A stretch of DNA of 44,709 nucleotides from Acidobacteriota bacterium. Its GTDB lineage: Bacteria; Acidobacteriota; Blastocatellia; Pyrinomonadales; Pyrinomonadaceae. The position numbers and the translations under genes are program-made. The notes beneath the pieces are model-generated. The model saw only the letters and a list, made by a program, of their open reading frames with translations. It was not told where the DNA came from and made no database searches. Below, one piece after another: positions 11,441 through 20,223 of this stretch (positions are counted from its first letter, which is position 1; the number at the start of each line of letters is the position of its first letter). The stretch spans positions 1 through 44,709 of the forward strand of contig JANOGL010000338.1 in NCBI GenBank assembly GCA_031405985.1, read 5' to 3'.

Positions 11441-11468
11441 ATTCTCAGTTCTCAGTTCTCAATTCTCA
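11441..11468. repeat. Tandem heptamer (A/G)TTCTCA, 4 copies, inverted relative to 11395-11422
   Basis: Units are ATTCTCA, GTTCTCA, GTTCTCA and ATTCTCA. The reverse complement, TGAGAA(T/C), matches the left array. It ends 10 nt before the ctaE ATG. Confidence 0.9.
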
Positions 11469-11478
11469 ATTTATTAAG

Positions 11479-12396
11479 ATGTCGTCACATTACTCAGACA
11501 AATTCGTTTATCACGAGCCTGGCTTACAGCATCAGTTTGATGACATGCGCCAGCAGGAGGAGAGTGTCTCGATCGGGATGTGGATGTTCCTTGTGCAGGA
11601 GATCCTGTTCTTTGGCGGCCTGTTTACGGCGTATCTTGTGTTTCGTTCAAAATTCCCGATGGCGTTTGCCGCCGGTTCGAATCATCTCGACGCGTTTTGG
11701 GGCGGGCTCAATACGATCGTGCTTATCGTCAGTTCGCTGACCATGGCTCTGACCGTTTACTATGCACAAAAAGGCAACCGCACTCTTCAAGTCGTAATGA
11801 TTGTGCTGACCATGATTTTCGGCGCGACCTTCCTTGGCGTGAAGGTAGTTGAATACACCGATAAATACAATCACAGCTTGGTGCCGATCTCCGGGTGGAA
11901 CAAACGTACAAAAGCCGACGATCAAAAATCTGAGGTTTTTGCGTTGCCGTTCGAGGCACGTGTCGTCGCGGCAGAAAGTTCGCCGACCGGCGAAGTTCAT
12001 AAACCGAATCCGCGCGGCGAGTTTCAGATCGATGTAGAAAACGACATGAAGCTGCCGAAGATGGCCGAGGACGGACAGTTTCTCACCGACTCAGAAAAGA
12101 TCGGCTATTACTCGAACGGGGCTCTCGACGCTGACAAGTTTCGCGATAAGGTGCGCATGTTCTTCTTTCTGTATTTTGTGATGACCGGTCTTCACGCTTT
12201 GCACATGATCGTCGGGCTCGCTCTTATGGCGTGGTTGCTTTGGACGGCATGGAAAGGGAATTACAGCGCCGAGTATTTTATGCCGGTGGAGATGTCGGGC
12301 CTGTATTGGCACTTTGTCGACATCGTTTGGATATTCCTGTTCCCGCTGCTTTACTTGTTGGGCAGACACTTCTTACACGGAGGAGGCGGACACTAA
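11479..12396 (+). CDS. ctaE: Cytochrome c oxidase subunit III (5-TM type with a long hydrophilic insertion)
   Basis: N-terminus [35 protein letters not shown] and C-terminal [21 protein letters not shown] are classic subunit III blocks. An insertion of about 85 aa lies between TM3 and TM4. Confidence 0.85.
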   Translation: MSSHYSDKFVYHEPGLQHQFDDMRQQEESVSIGMWMFLVQEILFFGGLFTAYLVFRSKFPMAFAAGSNHLDAFWGGLNTIVLIVSSLTMALTVYYAQKGNRTLQVVMIVLTMIFGATFLGVKVVEYTDKYNHSLVPISGWNKRTKADDQKSEVFALPFEARVVAAESSPTGEVHKPNPRGEFQIDVENDMKLPKMAEDGQFLTDSEKIGYYSNGALDADKFRDKVRMFFFLYFVMTGLHALHMIVGLALMAWLLWTAWKGNYSAEYFMPVEMSGLYWHFVDIVWIFLFPLLYLLGRHFLHGGGGH

Positions 12397-12723
12397 ATGT
12401 CAGAGCATACTGAGCTTGGTAAAGAACACATTGGCATCCCCGGCTATCTCGGAGTTTTTGCGATTTTGATCATCGGCACCGTGTTGACGTATTACGCCGC
12501 GACGGTCGATATGGACTTCGTGTTTCCGGGCGCAAATACGCTCGTCGCTCTCGGGATTGCCTTCACAAAAATGTCGTTCGTCATGCTGTTCTTTATGCAC
12601 GTCCGTTGGAGCCCGAGATTGATCTGGCTCTCGGCCGTCGGTAGTTTTTTCTGGCTGGCGATAATGTTCGCCTACACGATGCAGGATTATTTGACTCGAG
12701 CAGACGGCGTCTTTACGAAGTAA
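12397..12723 (+). CDS. ctaF: Cytochrome c oxidase subunit IV (small prokaryotic caa3 subunit)
   Basis: 108-aa protein with 3 TM helices. Its start abuts the ctaE stop (TAAATG). It is the last gene before the terminator. Confidence 0.7.
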   Translation: MSEHTELGKEHIGIPGYLGVFAILIIGTVLTYYAATVDMDFVFPGANTLVALGIAFTKMSFVMLFFMHVRWSPRLIWLSAVGSFFWLAIMFAYTMQDYLTRADGVFTK

Positions 12724-12742
12724 TTTTAATTTTTCTAATCAG

Positions 12743-12787
12743 ACGCGGACACGGGAACAGCTTTACTCGTATCCGCGTATTTTTTTT
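12743..12787 (+). terminator. Rho-independent terminator closing the ACIII-caa3 supercluster
   Basis: ACGCGGACACG (12743-12753) pairs with CGTATCCGCGT (12768-12778), 10 of 11 bp, followed by an A then a run of 8 T. Confidence 0.8.
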
Positions 12788-12899
12788 GGGGGTTAGATAA
12801 CCGGCGGCAAAAGTGCTATTATCTTGGATTTGATTGGCGAAAGCGTTATTTTACAAGGTTTTTTGCAACCGCACCGGGTTCGTACGACATCGGAAAGCA

Positions 12900-13976
12900 A
12901 TGAGGTTTTCAGGTAAAAAACTAATAAATTCGAAGGCGATGTCTCTGCTCGCGCTGTTTCTTTTTGCCAGCGCGTGCATAAAAGTAAAACAAGATCGCCC
13001 AACGGCACGACTCCTCAAAACTGAAGATGCCACGCAGTCGGATTTGATGAAGGAAGTCAATAGATTCGCAAGCGTCAGTTCTATGCGCGCGAAGATGGAT
13101 CTCAAATTCGAGGACAATTCGTTTGCCGAGTTTGGGAGTAAGGAAGTTTATCGCCAGGCTGACGGCGAAGTCGTCGTGCAGCGTCCGGGCAAAATTTTGC
13201 TAAAGGTTCAGGTGCCGATCATTAAATCCGACGTCGCGCAAATGACCTCGGACGGTGAGAAGTTTCGCGTCGCGATCTTACAGGACGGCAGCAGCGGCAA
13301 ATACAAAAAATTTGTGAAGGGCACGAACAATGCCGATTATTCAAAACTTCAAAAAAATCTGAGCGTTGCCGAACTCGGCGACAGCAAAGAGGCAAAGAAA
13401 AATGTAAACGCCTTTGCGAACCTCAGGCCGCAGCATTTTACCGACGCGATGTTAGTGCGCCCGACTGACGAGGGACAAGTTTACACGCAGAGCACGATCT
13501 TTCAGGACGAAGTCGATACCAGCGTCGATAAAAAATCACCGGTGCGAACCGTCACGCGTGGTTACTATCTTCTCGATGAATTTGGAAAAAGGGCCGATGG
13601 CGGATTGACGATTATGCGGCGGTTTTGGTTTGATCGCGTCGGTGGCATTCGTCTTGCGCGTCAGCAGATCTTCGACGCGAAAGGCGAGATCGAGTCTGAC
13701 ATCACATACGGCAAACAGGGAAATCTCACCGCCACCGGCAACTACACAAATCTGCCGCTCGACATTCAAGTCACGCGTATTAAAGAAAAGTATTCGATGC
13801 GTCTTACGTACCAAACGCCTGAGGACGTAATGATCGGCAACGTTTTTCCCGACGCCGCGTTTGTGCTGCAAAATTCATGGAATCTTGAAGAGATGGATCT
13901 CGACAAAAAATTGCTCGAGATTGCTAACGCGCCTGTTAAACCTCCCGCCAATACCGGTGCAAACCGCTTTCAGTAA
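12900..13976 (+). CDS. Exported protein or lipoprotein, LolB/LolA-fold-like (outer-membrane lipoprotein-sorting-like), tentative
   Basis: Signal peptide with a Cys (LLALFLFASAC) after ATG 12900. Beta-rich sequence with a block EVVVQRPGKILLKVQVPIIKSDVAQMTSDGEKFRV, reminiscent of LolB/DUF4292-type proteins. The ORF-track start 12834 adds a non-signal extension. Confidence 0.5.
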   Translation: MRFSGKKLINSKAMSLLALFLFASACIKVKQDRPTARLLKTEDATQSDLMKEVNRFASVSSMRAKMDLKFEDNSFAEFGSKEVYRQADGEVVVQRPGKILLKVQVPIIKSDVAQMTSDGEKFRVAILQDGSSGKYKKFVKGTNNADYSKLQKNLSVAELGDSKEAKKNVNAFANLRPQHFTDAMLVRPTDEGQVYTQSTIFQDEVDTSVDKKSPVRTVTRGYYLLDEFGKRADGGLTIMRRFWFDRVGGIRLARQQIFDAKGEIESDITYGKQGNLTATGNYTNLPLDIQVTRIKEKYSMRLTYQTPEDVMIGNVFPDAAFVLQNSWNLEEMDLDKKLLEIANAPVKPPANTGANRFQ

Positions 13977-13985
13977 CTTGACCTC

Positions 13986-14660
13986 ATGAACCCGATCCTG
14001 AGAACCGTCGATCTGACGAAATCATACAAGGTTGGCAAGCTCGATGTGCCGGCGCTTCGCGGCGTGACACTTGATGTAAATCCGGGCGAATTCGTCGCAA
14101 TCATGGGGCCGTCAGGCTGCGGCAAATCGACGCTATTGCATCTGCTCGGTGGTCTGCTCAGCCCGACAACGGGCAACATAATAATCGACGGCGAAGATCT
14201 TTCAAAAGTTTCGGACGCGCGGCGCACCGACATTCGCCGCCGCAAGATCGGTTTTGTATTTCAGCGTTTCAATCTTTTCCCGACGCTTTCGGCCGAGGGT
14301 AATTTGAAACTTGCTGAGAAAATTCACACCGGCAACGGCGGTAAAAGTTCTGAAAAACGGCGCGAAGTTTTGCGGCTTTTAAGACTCGAGGATAAAATGC
14401 ACCATAAGCCGGTCGAGTTGTCCGGCGGCGAACAGCAACGTGTCGCGCTCGCGCGCGCAATCGTAAACAGCCCGGCGATCATTCTCGCGGACGAGCCGAC
14501 TGGAAATCTCGACACCGAGAATTCGCGCATCGTGCTCGATATGTTCCGCGAGCTGAACGAAAAGTTTTCGCAGACGATTATCATGATCACGCACAACCCC
14601 GAGGCCGCAGCTGTGTGCTCACGAACGATTCAGATGCTCGACGGACACGTTGTGTCTTAA
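13986..14660 (+). CDS. ABC transporter ATP-binding protein, LolD/MacB/FtsE-type
   Basis: Walker [13 protein letters not shown]-loop FQRFNLFP, signature [14 protein letters not shown], Walker [13 protein letters not shown] and H-loop ITHN. Confidence 0.9.
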   Translation: MNPILRTVDLTKSYKVGKLDVPALRGVTLDVNPGEFVAIMGPSGCGKSTLLHLLGGLLSPTTGNIIIDGEDLSKVSDARRTDIRRRKIGFVFQRFNLFPTLSAEGNLKLAEKIHTGNGGKSSEKRREVLRLLRLEDKMHHKPVELSGGEQQRVALARAIVNSPAIILADEPTGNLDTENSRIVLDMFRELNEKFSQTIIMITHNPEAAAVCSRTIQMLDGHVVS

Positions 14661-14707
14661 AGCGCCTCGCGTAATTGGCCGGCCAGTTCGTGGCGAACCG
14701 AAACGAT

Positions 14708-14869
14708 ATGAAAAATATCATTAATTGGAATTACGAACGCGCCTCGTGGCAGTGGGACTTGCTGTGCGTTGTAATAATGGCATTTATCTTCTTAACGCCG
14801 AAAGAATGGTTTGATAACGGCAAAGCTGCGGCAACCAAAACGCCGCCTCAGTCCGTCAAAGAACAGTGA
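14708..14869 (+). CDS. Small (53 aa) single-TM hypothetical protein
   Basis: ATG 14708. One hydrophobic helix (WDLLCVVIMAFIFLT). Same strand, between the ABC ATPase and the LolA-like gene. No recognisable family. Confidence 0.35.
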   Translation: MKNIINWNYERASWQWDLLCVVIMAFIFLTPKEWFDNGKAAATKTPPQSVKEQ

Positions 14870-14890
14870 GTCTTACTGGAGAAGTTTTTT

Positions 14891-15589
14891 ATGAACAAAG
14901 TTTTACGTATCGGCTTAATCGCAATTTGTTTAGGTTTTATTTTTTCGTCTGTTTCAGTTAGCGAAGCAAAAGCTCAAAACATCCTCGGCGAGATCCTTCG
15001 CCGAATGGACAATTACAACAAATCGCTGCAATCACTCAAGGCTGATGTGACAATGGTCAAATACAATCCGCAGCTAAATGTTTCGGATACGATGTTGGGC
15101 ACAACTAGTTATCTTCCTAAAAATGCAAAGCGAGTAATGTATGTTCGCATTGACTGGACAAAGCCGGTTCAAGAGCAAATTTCTGTGATTGGTGATAGCT
15201 ATGAACTTTATCGTCCACGCTTAAATACTGTTATTCAAGGCAAAACCCAAAAAGCAAAAAATAGCGCATCGGTCGGCGGTGCACTCAGCTTTATGAATAT
15301 GTCTAAAGAGCAGCTCAAGGCCAATTACGATGTAATTTACATTGGCGAGGAGCAGATCAGCGGCGGCGCGAAAACGTGGCACATTCAACTCACTCCAAAA
15401 ACGGATACGACCTACAGGCTTGCCGATCTCTGGATTGACAGCAACGGCACGCCACTTCAGGCCAAGATAACCGAGAAGAACAACGATACGACAACCGTTT
15501 TGTTGTCGAACATAGTTAAAAACGACACGATCAATGCGAGTGTCTTTAAGTTGAGTTATCCGAAATCGGTAAAACGTGTTGCCGCGTAA
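14891..15589 (+). CDS. LolA-like outer-membrane lipoprotein carrier/sorting family protein
   Basis: Signal peptide LIAICLGFIFSSVSVSEAKA. Its length and blocks (LQSLKADVTMVKY..., WHIQLTPK..., LWIDSNGTPLQAKITEKNNDTTTVLLSNI...FKLSYP) fit the LolA/COG2834 pattern. Confidence 0.6.
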   Translation: MNKVLRIGLIAICLGFIFSSVSVSEAKAQNILGEILRRMDNYNKSLQSLKADVTMVKYNPQLNVSDTMLGTTSYLPKNAKRVMYVRIDWTKPVQEQISVIGDSYELYRPRLNTVIQGKTQKAKNSASVGGALSFMNMSKEQLKANYDVIYIGEEQISGGAKTWHIQLTPKTDTTYRLADLWIDSNGTPLQAKITEKNNDTTTVLLSNIVKNDTINASVFKLSYPKSVKRVAA

Positions 15590-15609
15590 GGATTCTGTGG
15601 TGTGACAGA

Positions 15610-15639
15610 AGTCTCGGCTTTACCGGCTGAGACTTTTTT
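15610..15639 (+). terminator. Rho-independent terminator after the LolA-like gene
   Basis: AGTCTCGGC ... GCTGAGACT stem (one G-U or mismatch) followed by TTTTTT. Confidence 0.7.
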
Positions 15640-15646
15640 GTTTGGT

Positions 15647-15675
15647 TTGAAAGCACCGGCACGAGAACCTATAAT
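15647..15675 (+). promoter_or_regulatory. Near-consensus sigma70 promoter for the radical SAM operon
   Basis: TTGAAA (15647-15652), a 17-nt spacer, then TATAAT (15670-15675). It lies 25 nt upstream of ATG 15700. Confidence 0.55.
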
Positions 15676-15699
15676 CAATAGTTTGAATTAGCGAAGTTT

Positions 15700-16725
15700 A
15701 TGACGCAGACGAGTAGTATTAGCAGATTTTTGCGTGGCGTTCAGCACACGACGCGTGCGTTTGTGTCGACGAAGCATCCCGTTCTTGTTCACATTGTGCC
15801 GATGCGACGTTGTAATTTGTCTTGCACCTACTGCAACGAATACGATAAGACGAGTGACCCGGTGCCACTCGACACGATGTTGGAGCGTATCGACAAACTT
15901 GCCGAATTCAACACGTCGGTCATCACGATCTCGGGCGGCGAGCCGATGATGCATCCTGAGATTTACGAGATCATCGCTCGCATTCGTCATCACGGAGTGT
16001 TCGCCGGTCTGATCTCGAACGGTTATTATTTTCAAACTGATAAGATCAGAAAGCTCAATGAGGCCGGGCTCGATTACCTGCAGATCTCGATCGATAACGT
16101 AACGCCCGACGACGTTTCGAAAAAAAGTCTCAAGGTGCTCGATGCAAAGCTTGTTAATTTGCGCGATCATGCAAAATTCAAGGTCAATATTAATTCGGTC
16201 GTCGGCGGCGGCGTTGCAAATCCTGACGAGGCTTTGCAGATCTCGGACCGTGCTCGCGAGCTGGGGTTTTCGTCGAGTGTCGGGGTTATTCACGACAGCG
16301 ACGGCTTGCTGAAAGGCTTAACGCAACGCGAAAGGGAAGTTTACAAAGAGATCAAATCCAAGGGTGCTCGCAGCTACACGCGTTGGAACTGGTTTCAGGA
16401 CGATCTGGTCGATGGCGGTGAGTACGAATGGCGTTGCCGCGCCGGTGCGCGTTATCTTTACATCGACGAGAACGGCATCGTCAGTTGGTGCTCGCAGCAA
16501 CGCGGAACGCCCGGTATTCCGTTGCTCGAATACACAAAAGAAGACATGCATCGCGAATACCACACAGAAAAATGGTGCGCACCGACATGCACGATCCAAT
16601 GCGTCCACCAGGTCGGCCATCTCGACGCCTGGCGCGACCCGCAAATCTCGCTTGCCGAATACAAAAAGCGAAATGGCGACGGGCTGAAGAAAGAAACCGT
16701 TGCACAAGTCCTTAAAGCGGAATAA
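15700..16725 (+). CDS. Radical SAM enzyme with a C-terminal SPASM/twitch-like Cys-rich extension
   Basis: The motif [12 protein letters not shown] supplies the CxxxCxxC cluster, and GGEPMM is the SAM-binding block. The C-terminal [19 protein letters not shown] fits Cx12Gx4C, followed by CAPTCTIQC. Confidence 0.85.
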   Translation: MTQTSSISRFLRGVQHTTRAFVSTKHPVLVHIVPMRRCNLSCTYCNEYDKTSDPVPLDTMLERIDKLAEFNTSVITISGGEPMMHPEIYEIIARIRHHGVFAGLISNGYYFQTDKIRKLNEAGLDYLQISIDNVTPDDVSKKSLKVLDAKLVNLRDHAKFKVNINSVVGGGVANPDEALQISDRARELGFSSSVGVIHDSDGLLKGLTQREREVYKEIKSKGARSYTRWNWFQDDLVDGGEYEWRCRAGARYLYIDENGIVSWCSQQRGTPGIPLLEYTKEDMHREYHTEKWCAPTCTIQCVHQVGHLDAWRDPQISLAEYKKRNGDGLKKETVAQVLKAE

Positions 16726-16753
16726 ACAGCCGCATTTCGTAATTGGTTTAGAC

Positions 16754-17335
16754 ATGGACAACAACAAATTATTTTTACCTGTTCTGCTCGGCACGAATCG
16801 TAAAGACCGCCAGAGCGAGAACGTCGCTAACTGGGTTTGCGCGAAGATGCGCGAGCGTGACGATATCGAGACGCAGTTGTTTGACGTGCGCGATTTTGTT
16901 TTGCCGCAGGACGATTATGGAACGGCATTGGGGCCGCAATATCCAGAGTGGCGCGACGCGATCATCAAAGCCGACGGGCTTGTCATCGTCACGCCCGAAT
17001 ACAATCACGGTTATTCTGGAAATTTGAAGAGCGTGCTCGATCTGCTGTTAAAAGAATATATTCACAAGGCAGTTGCGTTCGTCGGCGTGTCGGCCGGGCC
17101 GTGGGGCGGAACGCGTGTGATTGAATCGATGGTGCCGATGGTGCGCGAACTTGGCCTCGCTGTGACATTCAGCGACCTCAATTTCCCGACGGTCAAAGGT
17201 AAATTCGACGAGGACGGAAAACTGCTTGACGACGCATACGAAGATCGCGTGAAAGGTTTTCTCGACGAACTTGTTTGGATGGCGACAACTCTTCGCTGGG
17301 GACGCGAAAATGTTCCCTCCAAATACCATACGTAG
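16754..17335 (+). CDS. NADPH-dependent FMN reductase family flavoprotein
   Basis: LFLPVLLGTNRKDRQSENV and the block LVIVTPEYNHGYSGNLKSVLD are typical of this family. ATG 16754 is preferred; ORF-track 16700 overlaps the upstream gene. Confidence 0.8.
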   Translation: MDNNKLFLPVLLGTNRKDRQSENVANWVCAKMRERDDIETQLFDVRDFVLPQDDYGTALGPQYPEWRDAIIKADGLVIVTPEYNHGYSGNLKSVLDLLLKEYIHKAVAFVGVSAGPWGGTRVIESMVPMVRELGLAVTFSDLNFPTVKGKFDEDGKLLDDAYEDRVKGFLDELVWMATTLRWGRENVPSKYHT

Positions 17336-17355
17336 AATTCGATACAGGCGGTAGA

Positions 17356-18696
17356 ATGCAGATCAAAAGAGATCAGGGTCAATGTTTTGTTGTTGCGGCA
17401 TTCATGACCGCTTGCTTTGTTTTTCCTGCAGATGCTCAACCGCAAATCTCACCAACTCCGCAGTACATTCCACCGGCTTGTCAGGGCAAACTGACCACTG
17501 TTCCTCGAGCCGAGATGGCGACGAAGCCGCCGACTGTCACGAAACACAATCCGCCGATCACTCCTAGTGATCAGAAAAAGGTATTTGACGGTATGGTCAG
17601 GGCCGTCGAGGCCAATTATCTTTACCCAGATTACAATGGCCAGAACTGGACCGCTCTCGTAGCCGAGTACCGGGCAAAGGTAGAGACCGGCCTGAATACC
17701 GACCAATTCTACACAGAGATAGCGAAGCTAATTAGTCGTCTTGGCGATCGGCATTCGTATTTTCAATCCCCGGTGATGGTTGCCGAGCAGCTTCGCACAC
17801 TTACGGGATCGAACTCCTATGCAGGGATCGGCGTCCTTTCTGTTCCGTTGATCGAAAAGAAGATCGTCAGCGTTTTGTCCGTGTACGCCGGTTCACCAGC
17901 CGAGCGAAACGGTATTAGGGTCCATGATGCCATACTAACCGTTGACGGTTTCCCCTTGATTGAAAATGACGCTAACTACACCAGCCGTATTCGCGGGCCG
18001 GAATGTTCAATGGCGGTATTAACAATTCGGTCGCCGGGAGAAAAACCGCGTGATATTGGTGTCGTGCGATTTCGCATTTCGGGACCGCAGCCTTTGCTTT
18101 CCCGGCTAGTGACAACTAAGGACGGTTTGCGAATAGGTTACATTTTTGTGCCGACATTTCTTGATCTGACCATTTCCGAACAAACCCGCAAGGCTCTAGA
18201 CGGGTTTGGCAAACTTGACGGACTGATCATAGACCAGAGGATGAATGCGGGCGGATCGAACAAAGTGTTGGAACCGATGCTTGGTTTTTTTATGTCGGGG
18301 GCCGCGGGCAATTTTGTCAGTCGTTCGGGAGCCCGGCCTCTGAACATTACGGGTACTCAGGTAAATAATTCCCAAACGGTCCCCTTAATTATCCTAACCG
18401 GAAATCGCACGATCAGTTATGCGGAGGTATTTGCAGGCATTTTGCAGGACATCGGCAGGGCAAAGGTGGTTGGTCAGACCACACGAGGCAACGTCGAGAC
18501 GTTGCATGCCCACAAATTCCTCGATGGTTCAATTTTGTGGCTCGCCCAGGAGGGCTTCCGATCACCAAGAACGCGTACAAGCTGGGAAACGCAGGGCGTG
18601 AAACCTGACGTCGAAGCGTACGCTGATTGGGACACGTTCACTTTCGAGAATGATCCGGCTGTCGTTGTTGCCGTGAAGCTGCTTAGAAAAAAGTAA
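17356..18696 (+). CDS. S41 family peptidase with a PDZ domain (exported)
   Basis: Signal peptide FVVAAFMTACFVFPADA. PDZ-like GIGVLSV...VYAGSPAERNGIRVHDAILTVDG. S41 blocks IIDQRMNAGGS and NRTISYAEVFAGILQD, the latter holding the Ser nucleophile position. ATG 17356 is preferred. Confidence 0.8.
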   Translation: MQIKRDQGQCFVVAAFMTACFVFPADAQPQISPTPQYIPPACQGKLTTVPRAEMATKPPTVTKHNPPITPSDQKKVFDGMVRAVEANYLYPDYNGQNWTALVAEYRAKVETGLNTDQFYTEIAKLISRLGDRHSYFQSPVMVAEQLRTLTGSNSYAGIGVLSVPLIEKKIVSVLSVYAGSPAERNGIRVHDAILTVDGFPLIENDANYTSRIRGPECSMAVLTIRSPGEKPRDIGVVRFRISGPQPLLSRLVTTKDGLRIGYIFVPTFLDLTISEQTRKALDGFGKLDGLIIDQRMNAGGSNKVLEPMLGFFMSGAAGNFVSRSGARPLNITGTQVNNSQTVPLIILTGNRTISYAEVFAGILQDIGRAKVVGQTTRGNVETLHAHKFLDGSILWLAQEGFRSPRTRTSWETQGVKPDVEAYADWDTFTFENDPAVVVAVKLLRKK

Positions 18697-20213
18697 CTCC
18701 TAGCGGCGCGCGACTTCCTACCGATCGACCAAACGACAACCGAGCTTGAAAGGCCGAGACCCGACAGGCGTCCGGCCATCATTATCATTGTCTCGCCGTC
18801 GGCGACAACATCGGCCGCGAGCAGTGTTCTTTCACCCGTTTTCAACATCTCCTCGGTCATATCCGAGTCTGTATTCATAAGGTCAAGCATCGTTCTCTCG
18901 CCGATGTTAGTAGCTTCACCAGATGAACTAAGGCCTTTCACGTAAAATGGGAGCACGCCCCAGATCAACGACAACTGGTTTCGAGCGTCTTCGGATGTTG
19001 TTAGCGCAAACGTTTGCATGCCCGAACGAAATGACGATAGCCGTCGCGCCATCAAACCGGATTCGGTAAAGACGGCGACCTTCTCTGTCTGCATTTCCTT
19101 TGCGGCTGCAGCGGCAGCTTTGCAAAGAGCTTGGCTTGTGCGGCCCGACGGAGCTTGCGAAAATTTTACAGGCTTCTTTAATTGATCTGGCTTTATCGTT
19201 TCCGCAGAGTCGATGATGCGGGCCATTGTCTTGATCGCCTCAACGGGATATTTTCCTGAGGCGGTTTCGGCAGATAGCATCACCGCGTCCGTGCCGTCCC
19301 ACACAGCGTTGGCGACATCTGACGCCTCGGCTCGTGTCGGAAACGGGTTTTCGATCATCGATTGCAGCATCTGCGTCGCGGTTATCACGAACTTGTCATT
19401 TGCAACGGCGAGTTCGATGATCCGTTTTTGATAAACCGGCACGAGCTCGACACTCGTTTCGACGCCGAGATCGCCGCGTGCGACCATCAAACCGTCAGTC
19501 TCGGCGATGATCTCCAGTAGATTTTCGATCGCCTCGGCCTTCTCGATCTTTGCAACGAGCAGAGCGCGGCCTAGTTCTCGCTTGTTGAGTTTTTTGATAA
19601 TGTCCTTTACTTCTTTACAGTCGGCGGCGGTGCGAACGAACGACAGAGCGATGTAATCCACATTCTGTTCCATCGCCCACTCAAGATCGGCGTGATCTTT
19701 TTCGGTCATTGAAGGTATCGGCAGCGCTGTGTTTGGCAGGTTGATGCCTTTACGCTCGCTAAGAATTCCGCCGGTGACTACGCGGCAAATTACGTCAGTC
19801 CCGGTTTCGGATTCGACAACGAGTTCAATAGCTCCGTCATCGACAAGGATACGAGTGCCTGCTTCGATGACCGAAGGCAGCTGATCAAAGTTTGTTGCAA
19901 CTTCTTTGTCGTTGCCGACGATGTCGCGGGTGGTGATAACAAATTGCTGACCTTCTTTAAGAACTACCGGCAAGCCACGTTCGAGTGTTCTTGTGCGGAT
20001 CTTTGGCCCCGAAAGATCAACGAGAATCGACAACGGCTGGTCCAATCCGGCCGCAGCTTTTCGAGCGATGCGGATCGTTTCAGCGTGTTCGGAGCGTTCG
20101 CCGTGAGACATATTTATGCGGACGGCGCTCATGCCGGCGCCCAGCATCGATTCGATAGTATCTTGCGTTGCGGACGCGGGCCCGAGCGTTGCGAGTATCT
20201 TGGCTTTTCTCAT
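18474..20213 (-). CDS. pyk: Pyruvate kinase, with an atypical 79-aa C-terminal tail
   Basis: MRKAKILATLGPAS..., MSAVRINMSHG, DLSGPKIRT, MVARGDLGVE and ITATQMLQSM are all present. The conserved C-domain ends near GETMIMMAGRLSGLGLSSSVVVWSIG (about nt 18714), but the frame stays open to 18474. Confidence 0.9.
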   Translation of the reverse strand: MRKAKILATLGPASATQDTIESMLGAGMSAVRINMSHGERSEHAETIRIARKAAAGLDQPLSILVDLSGPKIRTRTLERGLPVVLKEGQQFVITTRDIVGNDKEVATNFDQLPSVIEAGTRILVDDGAIELVVESETGTDVICRVVTGGILSERKGINLPNTALPIPSMTEKDHADLEWAMEQNVDYIALSFVRTAADCKEVKDIIKKLNKRELGRALLVAKIEKAEAIENLLEIIAETDGLMVARGDLGVETSVELVPVYQKRIIELAVANDKFVITATQMLQSMIENPFPTRAEASDVANAVWDGTDAVMLSAETASGKYPVEAIKTMARIIDSAETIKPDQLKKPVKFSQAPSGRTSQALCKAAAAAAKEMQTEKVAVFTESGLMARRLSSFRSGMQTFALTTSEDARNQLSLIWGVLPFYVKGLSSSGEATNIGERTMLDLMNTDSDMTEEMLKTGERTLLAADVVADGETMIMMAGRLSGLGLSSSVVVWSIGRKSRAARSYFFLSSFTATTTAGSFSKVNVSQSAYASTSGFTPCVSQLVRVLGDRKPSWASHKIEPSRNLWACNVSTLPRVV

Positions 20214-20223
20214 CAGAAGGATC

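Noticed and set aside
15688-16293. 201-aa minus-strand ORF overlapping the radical SAM gene
   Set aside because: It is antisense to a frame containing the CxxxCxxC and GGEPMM motifs, and has no features of its own.
18380-18500. Apparent loss of the catalytic Lys in the S41 peptidase (TRGN where Prc/CtpA have TFGKG)
   Set aside because: The Ser nucleophile position (TISYAE) is retained, and non-Prc S41 branches (IRBP-like, tricorn/CPAF-like) lack the GKG motif and use other general bases. Without an alignment this cannot be called a pseudo-protease.
18474-18713. Interpretation of the PK tail as a Bacillus-type C-terminal PEP-utiliser domain
   Set aside because: The tail lacks any similarity I can recognise to that domain, is low in complexity, and coincides exactly with the antisense of the S41 gene end. 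It is kept as an overlap or read-through finding instead.
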